This document shows positions 25,970 to 34,828 of a stretch of DNA of 64,000 bases, in pieces. Numbering within the stretch: the stretch's first letter is position 1; every line of letters starts with the position of its first letter. The stretch lies in IMG/VR virus record IMGVR_UViG_3300044658_000058, positions 1 to 64,000 of that record. One strand, given 5' to 3'. The notes beneath the pieces are model-generated. The model was not told where the DNA came from, made no database searches, and was given only the letters and a program-made list of their open reading frames with translations. This DNA comes from a virus. The translations under genes and the position numbers were made by a program.

Positions 25970-28500
25970 TAAACCCAGAGTCCTTCCAATGTGGTGATTT
26001 CTTCGTCACGCCAACCGATAACCTTGTTCATCGTCTGGACTGGACCTAAGAAAGTTTTCTCGAATTGCGTGTCGTAATCTATGTATTCGTCTAAACCGAA
26101 TTCCGGAGGAAGCGAACGGGGCGCACAGATAACATTCTCACCAATTGGATTTGGAAGTTTCAGATAGCAATATTTAATCTTTTCGCCTTCAAAGATTGGC
26201 TCAGCTTCCATCAGACCATGCTTGGCAAGGTGATGGTTGTAGAGCAATGCGCCACGAACATGCATAGGCACGGCTACACCCTTGGTACGGTTGTATATGA
26301 AGTTGCGATCACCATATTTGTCCAATCCCTTGCAACCTTTGGGAGCCGCAATTTCTTCGAAAGGAAGAGTGTAGAATTCTTCCCTTACCTTCTGGACAAA
26401 TTTCCGCATTGTCGCCTCGTCTTCTTTCAAGACAATGGCATAGTACTCTTTCAGTTTGTTACGGCAGAATTCCGGAGTGGTTGTCTTGACGCCTTCCAAA
26501 CCGGTGATTTCGATGGATGGCTTATCATACTTAATCTTTTCATTCGCCAGAACGTGATAGAGATATCTCTTCTTAGCCTGAATGACCATCGTATCGCAGA
26601 TTTTCTCTTGCTTCATGAAGAGCTTATCCTGATACGAGTTCATCATCACACCGACTTCCTTGAAGGCGGCATCTAGAGCAACTTTCTGAATCTTTTCTTC
26701 TGCGAACTTAATCAGGAAATCGACAATTTTGTCTGTGTCGGTCAAGCCAAGTTTTTGAATGAACGGATCGAAGTTCACGATGCACGAATCGGTATCGGAA
26801 GCGATAACCCAATCCAGATCGAAACCGGTGATTTTGTTCATATAACCATTAATCGCTCTTTCAGCGGCCTTAATGATCATCTGCCCAAATTTGGTGATAG
26901 ATTCCGCTATGCGAAGATCATAGAAACGGAAGCCCTTGTTTCCGGAAGCGCCATAAAGCGCATTGATGGAAATTTTCTTGTTCTGTTGAAACACATCATA
27001 TTTCAGAACATCGCTTTCGAGCTTCGCAATCAGCGCCTTGTCTTTAGCGGCTTTGGCGTGTTGCAAATCGTCCTTGGCGGCGTTCATCAGCTTCTTATAT
27101 TTTTGGCGGTCGTCAAAGAACGATTGAACGATTTCCACCATGAAGGAAGTGAAGTTGCGTGTGAAGGTCACTCCGGACGCCGACATTGAAAGATTGTTGT
27201 CTTTCAGGTATTGTTCATAGCCATGCGACTGCCCCATAAGCAGAGCGTCAAGGGATACATCCAACGTCTCACGAATGGTATCCGGGCCGATGTTGGCTTG
27301 AAGATAGATCGATGGGTACAGGGACGTGATGTCGAAGCCCATGACCCATTTGTGGCGCTTGGGTTCCGGTTCTTTGACCAGAGCGCCCATGAACTGTCCT
27401 TCGTCGCCTTCTTCCTCGATTTTGGTAATGGGAACGATGATATCCCGATCTTTGAGATAACCATATATGATGGAGTCCCAAAGCTTGGTCGGCATGAAAC
27501 ATTCCGACATATTGATCTTGGCAGAATATGCCATATTGTAGATCAACCGCAGAATGTTCAACTTCTTTTCCATTCGTTGAACAAGGTTGGCGTCTTTGAT
27601 GTTATACTCAAAGAACAGTTGCGGGTTCTGTTCATAGAGCCCGGCAAGCGAACCATAAGCCTTATAGTCCACCTTCTTTTCGCCAAGAACGACGTGCGCA
27701 ACGGTATCGAGCTTGTTATCGTCCGGATTCAATGACGGCGGACGGAACTTTTTAAAGGCAAGCAGATAGTCAAGATCGATGATGCCATAGATATCGAAGA
27801 TTTCGATTTCCTTGCCACGATAGGACTTGATCATACGTGGTTTGATGATCTTCCATGGCGACAGGCGCTTGGCCCATTCCCAACCCAGAACGTTCGTGAT
27901 GCGGCGCACCAAATAGGGCAAGTCGAATGCAGTCGTATTCCAGCCGGAAACGGCATCCAAGGCGAGCTTTTCCCACGCCTTGACGAAATGCCGAAGCATT
28001 TCATATTCGTTCTCAAACCAGAAAAATGTTGTGCCCTTTGGAGCCTCAAAGTCCTTCATGCCCCAAAGGTAAGTTTTTTCGCCTACCACCAGACCGATAG
28101 CGGTAATTTCTTTGGTGGCTTGGCCTTCCGGAGAGTGACCACCCTTGGAATCGGTTTCAATATCGAGAAAGCCGGTTTTAATCAGGCTGTCATCGTATTC
28201 AATTTCGTCTGGAAATTCTTCATGGATGAATGCATTGACCCAATTCTGTTGTCCATAAACATCAAAATTGGCAGCGGGAGCGAAAGTTTTGAGAAAATCA
28301 CGGGCCTTGGAAATCGAAGCGAATTTCATTGGCGCAAGGCCAACACCATGGTACGATTTACGAATGGCGCTGGTGCCTCGGGCAGGCGTGAATAGAGTTG
28401 GCTGGTATTTCAGGCGCTTCTTAAAAGGCTTGCCGTCTTGGTAACCACGAATAAGTATGTCATCGAACTGCTGTTCGACTTTCGTATAAAATGTTGGTAT
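25969..28500 (-). CDS. 43: B-family DNA polymerase gp43 (probable ATA start)
   Basis: DIET exonuclease motif, SLYPSI, K..INALYG, DTDS; frame extends 57 codons upstream of ATG 28329 (FYTKV...ILIRGY...YQPTLF) to ATA 7 nt after GGAG. Confidence 0.93.
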   Translation of the reverse strand: MPTFYTKVEQQFDDILIRGYQDGKPFKKRLKYQPTLFTPARGTSAIRKSYHGVGLAPMKFASISKARDFLKTFAPAANFDVYGQQNWVNAFIHEEFPDEIEYDDSLIKTGFLDIETDSKGGHSPEGQATKEITAIGLVVGEKTYLWGMKDFEAPKGTTFFWFENEYEMLRHFVKAWEKLALDAVSGWNTTAFDLPYLVRRITNVLGWEWAKRLSPWKIIKPRMIKSYRGKEIEIFDIYGIIDLDYLLAFKKFRPPSLNPDDNKLDTVAHVVLGEKKVDYKAYGSLAGLYEQNPQLFFEYNIKDANLVQRMEKKLNILRLIYNMAYSAKINMSECFMPTKLWDSIIYGYLKDRDIIVPITKIEEEGDEGQFMGALVKEPEPKRHKWVMGFDITSLYPSIYLQANIGPDTIRETLDVSLDALLMGQSHGYEQYLKDNNLSMSASGVTFTRNFTSFMVEIVQSFFDDRQKYKKLMNAAKDDLQHAKAAKDKALIAKLESDVLKYDVFQQNKKISINALYGASGNKGFRFYDLRIAESITKFGQMIIKAAERAINGYMNKITGFDLDWVIASDTDSCIVNFDPFIQKLGLTDTDKIVDFLIKFAEEKIQKVALDAAFKEVGVMMNSYQDKLFMKQEKICDTMVIQAKKRYLYHVLANEKIKYDKPSIEITGLEGVKTTTPEFCRNKLKEYYAIVLKEDEATMRKFVQKVREEFYTLPFEEIAAPKGCKGLDKYGDRNFIYNRTKGVAVPMHVRGALLYNHHLAKHGLMEAEPIFEGEKIKYCYLKLPNPIGENVICAPRSLPPEFGLDEYIDYDTQFEKTFLGPVQTMNKVIGWRDEEITTLEGLWV

Positions 28501-28524
28501 GTGGGGACTCCGAATGAATGGTCT

Positions 28525-28553
28525 AGTATATAGATTTTCGCCATGGGAGTCAA
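28525..28553 (-). promoter_or_regulatory. Sigma70 promoter of gene 43
   Basis: TTGACT-N17-TATACT. Confidence 0.7.
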
Positions 28554-28566
28554 GCGAAACAATCTA

Positions 28567-28594
28567 TTGACTTCTATAGAATTTTGATTATATT
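28567..28594 (+). promoter_or_regulatory. Divergent early promoter
   Basis: TTGACT-N16-TATATT; shares TGATTATATTAAT with the 2031-2058 promoter. Confidence 0.6.
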
Positions 28595-28616
28595 AATCCC
28601 GAATATGGAGAATACC

Positions 28617-28799
28617 ATGACGGAAAAACCGAAAGAGATTTGTGCATATGACCCTTCTTTCGTCACGGGCGAATGGTATCGTCTAAGAGATGAAGGCGAG
28701 TACATATCGAAAATTCATTCCCGAAAAATCAAGCGCCGCAGGCTGTATTGGTTCAGGATCGGCAAGGATGAACCAAAAACAAAAATGAGAAAACGATGA
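28617..28799 (+). CDS. Hypothetical protein
   Basis: Likely start MTEKPK after GGAG SD. Confidence 0.5.
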   Translation: MTEKPKEICAYDPSFVTGEWYRLRDEGEYISKIHSRKIKRRRLYWFRIGKDEPKTKMRKR

Positions 28800-29206
28800 G
28801 ACGAAATGATGTTGTCATGATCGCCAAACCAGATTTGTACCGTTTGTACGGGCGAGTCGTTCGGATTATTGGCGACAAAGCTTTATGGATTTGTTGCGGA
28901 TTGCACATCCATCTTACACCAATTTCCATGCTCGAAAAAGTCGATTATGTCGGCACATGGGAATGGGCAAATGATTCCGAAAACGGGATGGTCAACTATT
29001 ATTATAAAGACCAATCTTTGCCCGGTTGGCCTGATTTTTCACGACCGCCACGTTGGCGGCGACCGGTTCGCTTTCAATACATGCCGACTTTGCGCAAACT
29101 CAAACAGATGGCTACTCGCTATCATAAACGCAATGTCTGGAAAACGCCTCTTGACTATGAATATCTGACAAGAGAGGATGACCCATCATTTCAGGAGGCG
29201 GAATGA
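28796..29206 (+). CDS. Hypothetical protein
   Basis: ATGA overlap. Confidence 0.6.
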   Translation: MRRNDVVMIAKPDLYRLYGRVVRIIGDKALWICCGLHIHLTPISMLEKVDYVGTWEWANDSENGMVNYYYKDQSLPGWPDFSRPPRWRRPVRFQYMPTLRKLKQMATRYHKRNVWKTPLDYEYLTREDDPSFQEAE

Positions 29207-29370
29207 AGACGAAGATCGAGAGGCAGATTGAAAAGGCACTTGAATGGATGAAGAATCATCCCGAGAAAGGCCCGTCCGTCGCTGAACGGGCCGATCAAGC
29301 CTCTTGGCGCTTCCATGTAGATACCCAAGACCTTTTGGAAGCTTGGAGAATAAGAAACGGAGGCAGTTAG
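29203..29370 (+). CDS. Hypothetical protein
   Basis: Manual ORF MKTKIERQIEKALEW...; GGAGG SD; ATGA overlap. Confidence 0.55.
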   Translation: MKTKIERQIEKALEWMKNHPEKGPSVAERADQASWRFHVDTQDLLEAWRIRNGGS

Positions 29371-29383
29371 CCTCCGTCCTTTG

Positions 29384-29497
29384 TTATTCTGCCGGTGTGG
29401 TTGGCGGCGTGGTGCCACCATCCTTGGCAATGAACTTCTTGTAGACATACCAGCCAGCGGCCACTACGACTACGAGAATTACGATATCCAAAAGCAT
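29384..29497 (-). CDS. Small single-TM protein
   Basis: Manual ORF MLLDIVILVVVVAAGWYVYKKF...; AAGGA SD. Confidence 0.55.
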   Translation of the reverse strand: MLLDIVILVVVVAAGWYVYKKFIAKDGGTTPPTTPAE

Positions 29498-29512
29498 ATT
29501 CTTGTCCTTCGA

Positions 29513-29929
29513 TTAGAGGTTGAGTACTTTCTTTACATCTGCCGGTCGGTACAAGTCCGATTTCATGACTTTGCCAAGATCATTGTAGATGACCTTGCCG
29601 TCTTTATCGAGTTTGGACATGTTGGAAGAATGAACTTCCGCAAATACCTTATCGATATCGATTCCAAAATCAACGGCCATTCCATAGCAGACATATAATA
29701 GGTCCGCAAGCTCTTTCGCAAGGGCAGGAATGTTGATTTCTTCCGTTCCCACGGAATTGATATGCGGATCAAGTTCCGCCATCAATTCATTGTACTCTTC
29801 CGCAATGAGCTTCTTTCTAAGAAGCACGGATTTGAGTGTGGGAACGGTCGGAGTTTCATTTTTTAGAAGATTGAAAACTTCATGGAATTCAGCAACTTGC
29901 TCGAAATTGGTCAAGCAGCTTGATCCCAA
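29513..29929 (-). CDS. MazG-like NTP pyrophosphohydrolase (PRA-PH family)
   Basis: EEYNE, KELADLLYV, EVHSSNMSK, GKVMK. Confidence 0.85.
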   Translation of the reverse strand: MGSSCLTNFEQVAEFHEVFNLLKNETPTVPTLKSVLLRKKLIAEEYNELMAELDPHINSVGTEEINIPALAKELADLLYVCYGMAVDFGIDIDKVFAEVHSSNMSKLDKDGKVIYNDLGKVMKSDLYRPADVKKVLNL

Positions 29930-30114
29930 TACAATTCTTCGTCTTCCTGAATCGCTTCAAGAGGCGAATAGTCTTCATTGTAATAATCGTCCCAATTTTC
30001 GGCAGCGCCGTAGCGGTCGATTGTTTCTTCTGAAAAGCCGTAGGTTGTTCTCATGATTTCATAGAGTTCGCTCAGCCATTCAGCATAATCTTTTGTGCGC
30101 AGAGTGGTAGTCAT
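29911..30114 (-). CDS. Acidic hypothetical protein
   Basis: Likely start MTTTLRTK overlapping the regA stop. Confidence 0.5.
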   Translation of the reverse strand: MTTTLRTKDYAEWLSELYEIMRTTYGFSEETIDRYGAAENWDDYYNEDYSPLEAIQEDEELYWDQAA

Positions 30115-30563
30115 TAAGAATTTGCCTGTTTTGATTTTCCGATGGTATACTTTGCCGTCAAGGTCCAATCCTTCTTTTCCTTGTAGGAAATAACCTTGAT
30201 CTTCCCAAGAGGACAGACCGGCTCTTTTGTCTTTTCGGGTTCAACGATCTTGATCAAACCCCACTGTGCCAAGAGATTGGCAATCGCATTGCGGCGGGCT
30301 AGATCGTCTTCCGAGAAATTCGTTGGCTTTCCGTCCAACAAAAACATTTCCTTGAAATGAACCAAGGCATATTTTCCCTGCTTATGCAGGATATGACAAG
30401 ATTGAAACAATTCTTTCTTGGTAGAAGATGCCGAAGCCACACCAATTCTGGTTAGAGTTTCCTTTACTTTCAGGAAATTATCCGGTTCGGGTAGTTCAAT
30501 CCAGACGAAATTTTCAGTTACATTACTGTAATCTTTTTGTTCTGTTGCATTCTCTGTAGTCAA
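30114..30563 (-). CDS. regA: Translational repressor RegA
   Basis: FLKVKETLTRIG, QSCHILHKQG, VHFKE. Confidence 0.95.
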   Translation of the reverse strand: MTTENATEQKDYSNVTENFVWIELPEPDNFLKVKETLTRIGVASASSTKKELFQSCHILHKQGKYALVHFKEMFLLDGKPTNFSEDDLARRNAIANLLAQWGLIKIVEPEKTKEPVCPLGKIKVISYKEKKDWTLTAKYTIGKSKQANS

Positions 30564-30573
30564 TATTAAGTCC

Positions 30574-30948
30574 TTACTTCGCTCCCCCTTGGTCGAGGGA
30601 ATCCATTAAATTTTTCAATTCAGTTTCAGTCAATATATCCATAATTTCCACCGCCCTATCGTAGCGAATGCCAAGCCTTTGCGCCAAGAGAACGATATCA
30701 GCGTCCCTTTGCGGCTTGACCCACTTACTAAACCGACGTTTCTTCGACGTGGCATAGTAAAGGAATTCATAATGTTGTTTTGCAGGGATTTCCGGACACA
30801 TGTTCAACTCGTTAGCGAGGAAGATGGTGTCCGGAAAAAAAGAAAAAGCTTTGTTGATAATGTACTCTGAATAATCCTTTTTGTCAATATCTTCGTTGAA
30901 GGAATATTCCTTATCATTAATGCTCTTGACGAAATCCCACGGGCTCAT
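30574..30948 (-). CDS. 62: Clamp loader small subunit gp62
   Basis: IINKAFS, ANELN, KRRFSKW; synteny. Confidence 0.9.
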   Translation of the reverse strand: MSPWDFVKSINDKEYSFNEDIDKKDYSEYIINKAFSFFPDTIFLANELNMCPEIPAKQHYEFLYYATSKKRRFSKWVKPQRDADIVLLAQRLGIRYDRAVEIMDILTETELKNLMDSLDQGGAK

Positions 30949-31877
30949 ACGAAACAGTCAGCCATTATTTCTGTGAGCATCGCAGCCGTGTTTATTTCAC
31001 GGTTCGATACGAACGCATTCTGATAATCGTACTTCGACAGAATGAGAATGAGATACGGAATTTTCTCGGGCTGGATTGCAGCCGGAATTTGGTTGTACAA
31101 ATCCTGAATGAACAATGAGAAATCCAGATCGGCGTTTTCCGCAACCCATGTGCGCATGTCAGTGAATTTCTGACTTTTCAGAATCTTGATTACGTCAGCC
31201 GCACTAGACTTTTGCGACAGAATGCCAGCGTCAATAGGGCCGGTTTTGGCATACTTTTGAAGCTGATTGATCGATTTCCGAAGATCGGGAAAATTCTTGC
31301 TGATGAGCCCGGCAACTGCCTTAATATCAAATTCGACGTTCTCTGCCACCAGAATGTCACGTACACGGCGCACGGCACCTTTCAGAAGCTCAGCTTTTTC
31401 ATCAGCCGGAAACACGAAATCGATGGTCGCACAACGGCTCTTCAAAGGATCGATGATGCGGTTCGAAAAATTGCATGTTAGAATGAAGCCGCAATTCACG
31501 GAAAATTCTTCCATGAAATTTCGCAGCGCCGGTTGGAATGAATTCGGGTTCAAATAGTCAGCTTCGTCAAGAATCACCACCTTGCGAGAGTTGCCGAATA
31601 CCGAAATGGTGGATGCATAGGTCATGATGTCGTTGCGCAACGTATCGATGCCGTTTTGCAGAGAACCGTTGATGACCTTGTAATCGAGCCCCATTTCTTG
31701 GCACATCGCCTTGGCGACGGTCGTCTTACCTGTGCCAGACGGGCCGGTAAGCAACAGATCAAGCATTTCGCCGCTGGCCACAATGCCAGCGAATTCCTTC
31801 TTAATATGAGCAGGCAACACGCAATCTTCGATGCGATTCGGCCTATATTTTTCAGTCCACTTTACATGTTCAAGCAA
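30945..31877 (-). CDS. 44: Clamp loader large subunit gp44
   Basis: WTEKYRP, GPSGTGKT, DEAD, SRC. Confidence 0.95.
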   Translation of the reverse strand: MLEHVKWTEKYRPNRIEDCVLPAHIKKEFAGIVASGEMLDLLLTGPSGTGKTTVAKAMCQEMGLDYKVINGSLQNGIDTLRNDIMTYASTISVFGNSRKVVILDEADYLNPNSFQPALRNFMEEFSVNCGFILTCNFSNRIIDPLKSRCATIDFVFPADEKAELLKGAVRRVRDILVAENVEFDIKAVAGLISKNFPDLRKSINQLQKYAKTGPIDAGILSQKSSAADVIKILKSQKFTDMRTWVAENADLDFSLFIQDLYNQIPAAIQPEKIPYLILILSKYDYQNAFVSNREINTAAMLTEIMADCFV

Positions 31878-32564
31878 TTATAAATCTCCGGAATGGTTCG
31901 CTTCGCTCGGAATAATGTACTTCAAATCCATATTCTTGGATGTGAACGTCAATAGTTTGTTTTTGGAGATAGCTACGTCGTATGAATGCATCAAAATTTT
32001 TAAATTTTCGACTTTGACGACATAACGGAATTTTTGATCAGTCTCACCAATCCTGTAGCTCATGCCATCCTGCATCCCGGCCTTGGCCGAAGCACCTTCC
32101 GACATCTTCACGGTCTTCACATAAATAGCCTCGCCATCGGCTTCGATGGAAAGCTCTTCATGCGAATAAAGGCTAACTGCCTTCATGATTGTTTTGAGAT
32201 TTTCAGCCGTGAATTCGAAAGAATAAATTGTCTCTGCCACATTCAGGTTTTTATCCTTTGGTGGCCAGACAAACAGTGATGGATTGCAATAACGATATGT
32301 CGCTTTGTGTGAGCCTTCCTCTATCGTTACCTTGGTATCGTCAAAGGATAGGTCCGGCTCTTTGAAGAGCGAGAGAATACCAAGGAACATTGGCAGATTA
32401 TAAATGCCGCAGTCCCTTGGAAATTCCTCTTTAACGTTCGCTTCCGCATACACCACGTTTAGAGGCGTGATGATGCGTTGGCGGTGCCCTTCAAGGAACA
32501 TTATAGATTGGTTGATAGTCGAAAAATTCTGTAGAATTTCTACAGTTTCTTTAGATATTTTCAA
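31878..32564 (-). CDS. 45: Sliding clamp gp45
   Basis: MKISKET..IL.NFSTINQSI; synteny. Confidence 0.92.
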   Translation of the reverse strand: MKISKETVEILQNFSTINQSIMFLEGHRQRIITPLNVVYAEANVKEEFPRDCGIYNLPMFLGILSLFKEPDLSFDDTKVTIEEGSHKATYRYCNPSLFVWPPKDKNLNVAETIYSFEFTAENLKTIMKAVSLYSHEELSIEADGEAIYVKTVKMSEGASAKAGMQDGMSYRIGETDQKFRYVVKVENLKILMHSYDVAISKNKLLTFTSKNMDLKYIIPSEANHSGDL

Positions 32565-32567
32565 TAC

Positions 32568-33080
32568 TTATTTCTTTTCCAGTGAAAAATGATATAGAAG
32601 AATCAAATAATGAATGGCCTTCAAAATATCTTTTGGATTATGACCTTCCTTTTTACCATACCTTGCTGTATATTTCAAGACATTTCCTTTAAGGAAGTCA
32701 TATGAATCCGAATTCGACATGATGAATTCGAGCGCCTGAATGCCGTCTTTCTCGGAATAATGCGCTGTATAAGTCGAGTCGATATAATCCTTGATCTTAT
32801 CGAGGATTGCGCCTTCGTTAAACTTGTAGATCACCAAAGGTGTCGGCATTTGAATATACGGAAAATGCGCAATACCGTCTTGAATCGGAATTGTGCCGGT
32901 TAGCGTTTGGTTCGGGTAGACCGTGCCAGCCGCCGTATCAACCGGGTACGGGAAGCCTGATATCGCCGTTGTCGTCTGGAATGACGCATTGGCGATCATA
33001 GAGCTTGGGTATCCCTGAATTGACGTTACACTCAATTGGTTGTTATTAGCCGAAAGATCGGTAATTTTCGATTCAGCCAT
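32568..33080 (-). CDS. DUF3310-like protein
   Basis: YIDSTY..HY...GNVLKY..RYGKK...DILKAIHY. Confidence 0.7.
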   Translation of the reverse strand: MAESKITDLSANNNQLSVTSIQGYPSSMIANASFQTTTAISGFPYPVDTAAGTVYPNQTLTGTIPIQDGIAHFPYIQMPTPLVIYKFNEGAILDKIKDYIDSTYTAHYSEKDGIQALEFIMSNSDSYDFLKGNVLKYTARYGKKEGHNPKDILKAIHYLILLYHFSLEKK

Positions 33081-33925
33081 TATTTCAACCCCTTCACTTC
33101 TTCCTTGTCGGCAGTTGGGCTCATACCCGTAGCAGCGACCGCAGGAAGGTTACCGATGAACTTGGTTGTTCCAACGTGATGGACGTTCATCCATGGGCAA
33201 AGGGTTACGTTAATGCCCATCTTTCTCGATTCTTGACAGAAGAAATAATCTTCCGAAAGGTGCCGTTCATTGACGATAGGGTCTTGAAAATAAGCCATGA
33301 TGCGGCGATCACCGTCAAAATTCTTCGACCGCACGTGGTCTGGCTTATACAGGAATTGTGGACGTTGATCATTCCAGACTTCGAAGATCGAACGATTGAT
33401 AAGCATGAACCCGGTTCCGATTTCCAGAACGTCAATCGGTTCGTCGATCTTGTATTCGCCATCCTTGGTCGGATTGAACACAAAGTCGCCCGCATAGTTG
33501 TCGAGAACAAACGGATTCTTGTCAGCGTATCCTAGTTCGACCGCTCGCTTGACCTTTTCCCAAGCAATCGACTTCTTTGGATAGGCAGCGCCTATGATAC
33601 CTTTCGAGGGGTCGTTCTGGGTGATTTGAAGCATCCCAAAAACGTCCATTGGGTTGAATTCAATGTCCGAATCAATGAACAACAAATCCGTAAACCCAGA
33701 ACGCATGAATTCATCAGCGCTGTAATTTCTTGCTCTCGTAATGAGAGACTCGTTGAATAGAGCGAAAAAGGTATTCTTGATACCATATTGGGTTAGCAAA
33801 CCCGTCAAATCGAGAACGGACTTCATGTAAAAGCCCGAATTGCTTCCACCATACATTGGTGTTGCAATGAAAACAGAACGATTTGCAGATAGTGTTTCTA
33901 CATCGATATTAATTTTAGTGTTCAT
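33080..33925 (-). CDS. GT-A fold glycosyltransferase
   Basis: IATPMYGG, ESLITRARN, FIDSDI (DxD), LSEDYFFC. Confidence 0.75.
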   Translation of the reverse strand: MNTKINIDVETLSANRSVFIATPMYGGSNSGFYMKSVLDLTGLLTQYGIKNTFFALFNESLITRARNYSADEFMRSGFTDLLFIDSDIEFNPMDVFGMLQITQNDPSKGIIGAAYPKKSIAWEKVKRAVELGYADKNPFVLDNYAGDFVFNPTKDGEYKIDEPIDVLEIGTGFMLINRSIFEVWNDQRPQFLYKPDHVRSKNFDGDRRIMAYFQDPIVNERHLSEDYFFCQESRKMGINVTLCPWMNVHHVGTTKFIGNLPAVAATGMSPTADKEEVKGLK

Positions 33926-33937
33926 TAATTCCCTTGG

Positions 33938-34828
33938 TCAATATGCATTCCATGAACCTAGTACATCTTGTCCATCCTCACTGTTTTCATTATCAATAGA
34001 TTCTTCCGCAGCTTCATACTTTAGCTTGAAGTTATCGAAAAATCCGTCTCTGGTGCCTGCATCAAAGCGGCTAAGACAAAGCATTATTGCCTTATCGACA
34101 TCTTTCCAGATGCCGAAAGCTTTGATCATTTGTACGAGTCGTCTTGTGGAAATCGTATGCTCTATCATCCCATTCTCATGGGATTTGCGGGCGTCGGCGG
34201 CAAACTGGACTAGAGCTTTGATTAGATTTTCTGTATTTTCGATCTTAAAATATTTTGCAACATTTGTCAATATCTTTTTTTCGGTTTCAGCATCCGGATA
34301 GCCGCATTCCATAGTGACCGGAAAGCGTTCCAGAAAAGCTTCATTCAGAACTTGGGTTCCCACGAATGCGCCTGTGCTATCGCCCGTTCCCTTGGTGTTG
34401 GCCGTGGCAAAAATCTGGAAACCATCCTTGGGCATGACCCATTCGCCGGTTTTCTTCATCAGATAACCCTTGCCTTCAAGGATGCTCTGTAAGCACATAA
34501 TCAGCATGGGAGAAGCCAAGTCGATTTCGTCAAGCAAGAGGATGCCGCCAGCCTCCATAGCCGCCAGCACCGGGCCTTTCTCGACTAGGGTGTTGCCGTC
34601 CTTAAGACGCATACCACCAATCATGTCGTCTTCATTGGTTTCGAAGGTGACATTCAGGCGGAAATATTCTCTCTGTGCAACGGCACAGATATGTTCAATG
34701 GTTTCAGTCTTACCACAACCGGATAATCCGGTAAGCAAACAAGGATAGAAAAAATTAGACTTTAGAAGAGTAGCACAATCATCATAAACACCGAATGGAA
34801 TGAATAGGGGATTTACTTTAGGTATCAA
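33938..34828 (-). CDS. CobS/MoxR-like AAA+ ATPase
   Basis: GLSGCGKT, LLLDE, ATANT, AFLERF. Confidence 0.85.
   Translation of the reverse strand: MIPKVNPLFIPFGVYDDCATLLKSNFFYPCLLTGLSGCGKTETIEHICAVAQREYFRLNVTFETNEDDMIGGMRLKDGNTLVEKGPVLAAMEAGGILLLDEIDLASPMLIMCLQSILEGKGYLMKKTGEWVMPKDGFQIFATANTKGTGDSTGAFVGTQVLNEAFLERFPVTMECGYPDAETEKKILTNVAKYFKIENTENLIKALVQFAADARKSHENGMIEHTISTRRLVQMIKAFGIWKDVDKAIMLCLSRFDAGTRDGFFDNFKLKYEAAEESIDNENSEDGQDVLGSWNAY

Noticed and set aside
25969-28500. Split, frameshifted or intein-containing DNA polymerase
   Set aside because: The upstream segment is in frame with no stop; the only anomaly is the start codon. No intein motifs were seen.
28501-28553. GACTCC/GGAGTC hairpin sequestering the gene 43 SD
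   Set aside because: Only 6 bp, and the 5' arm lies in the promoter, where the divergent arrangement makes read-through unlikely.
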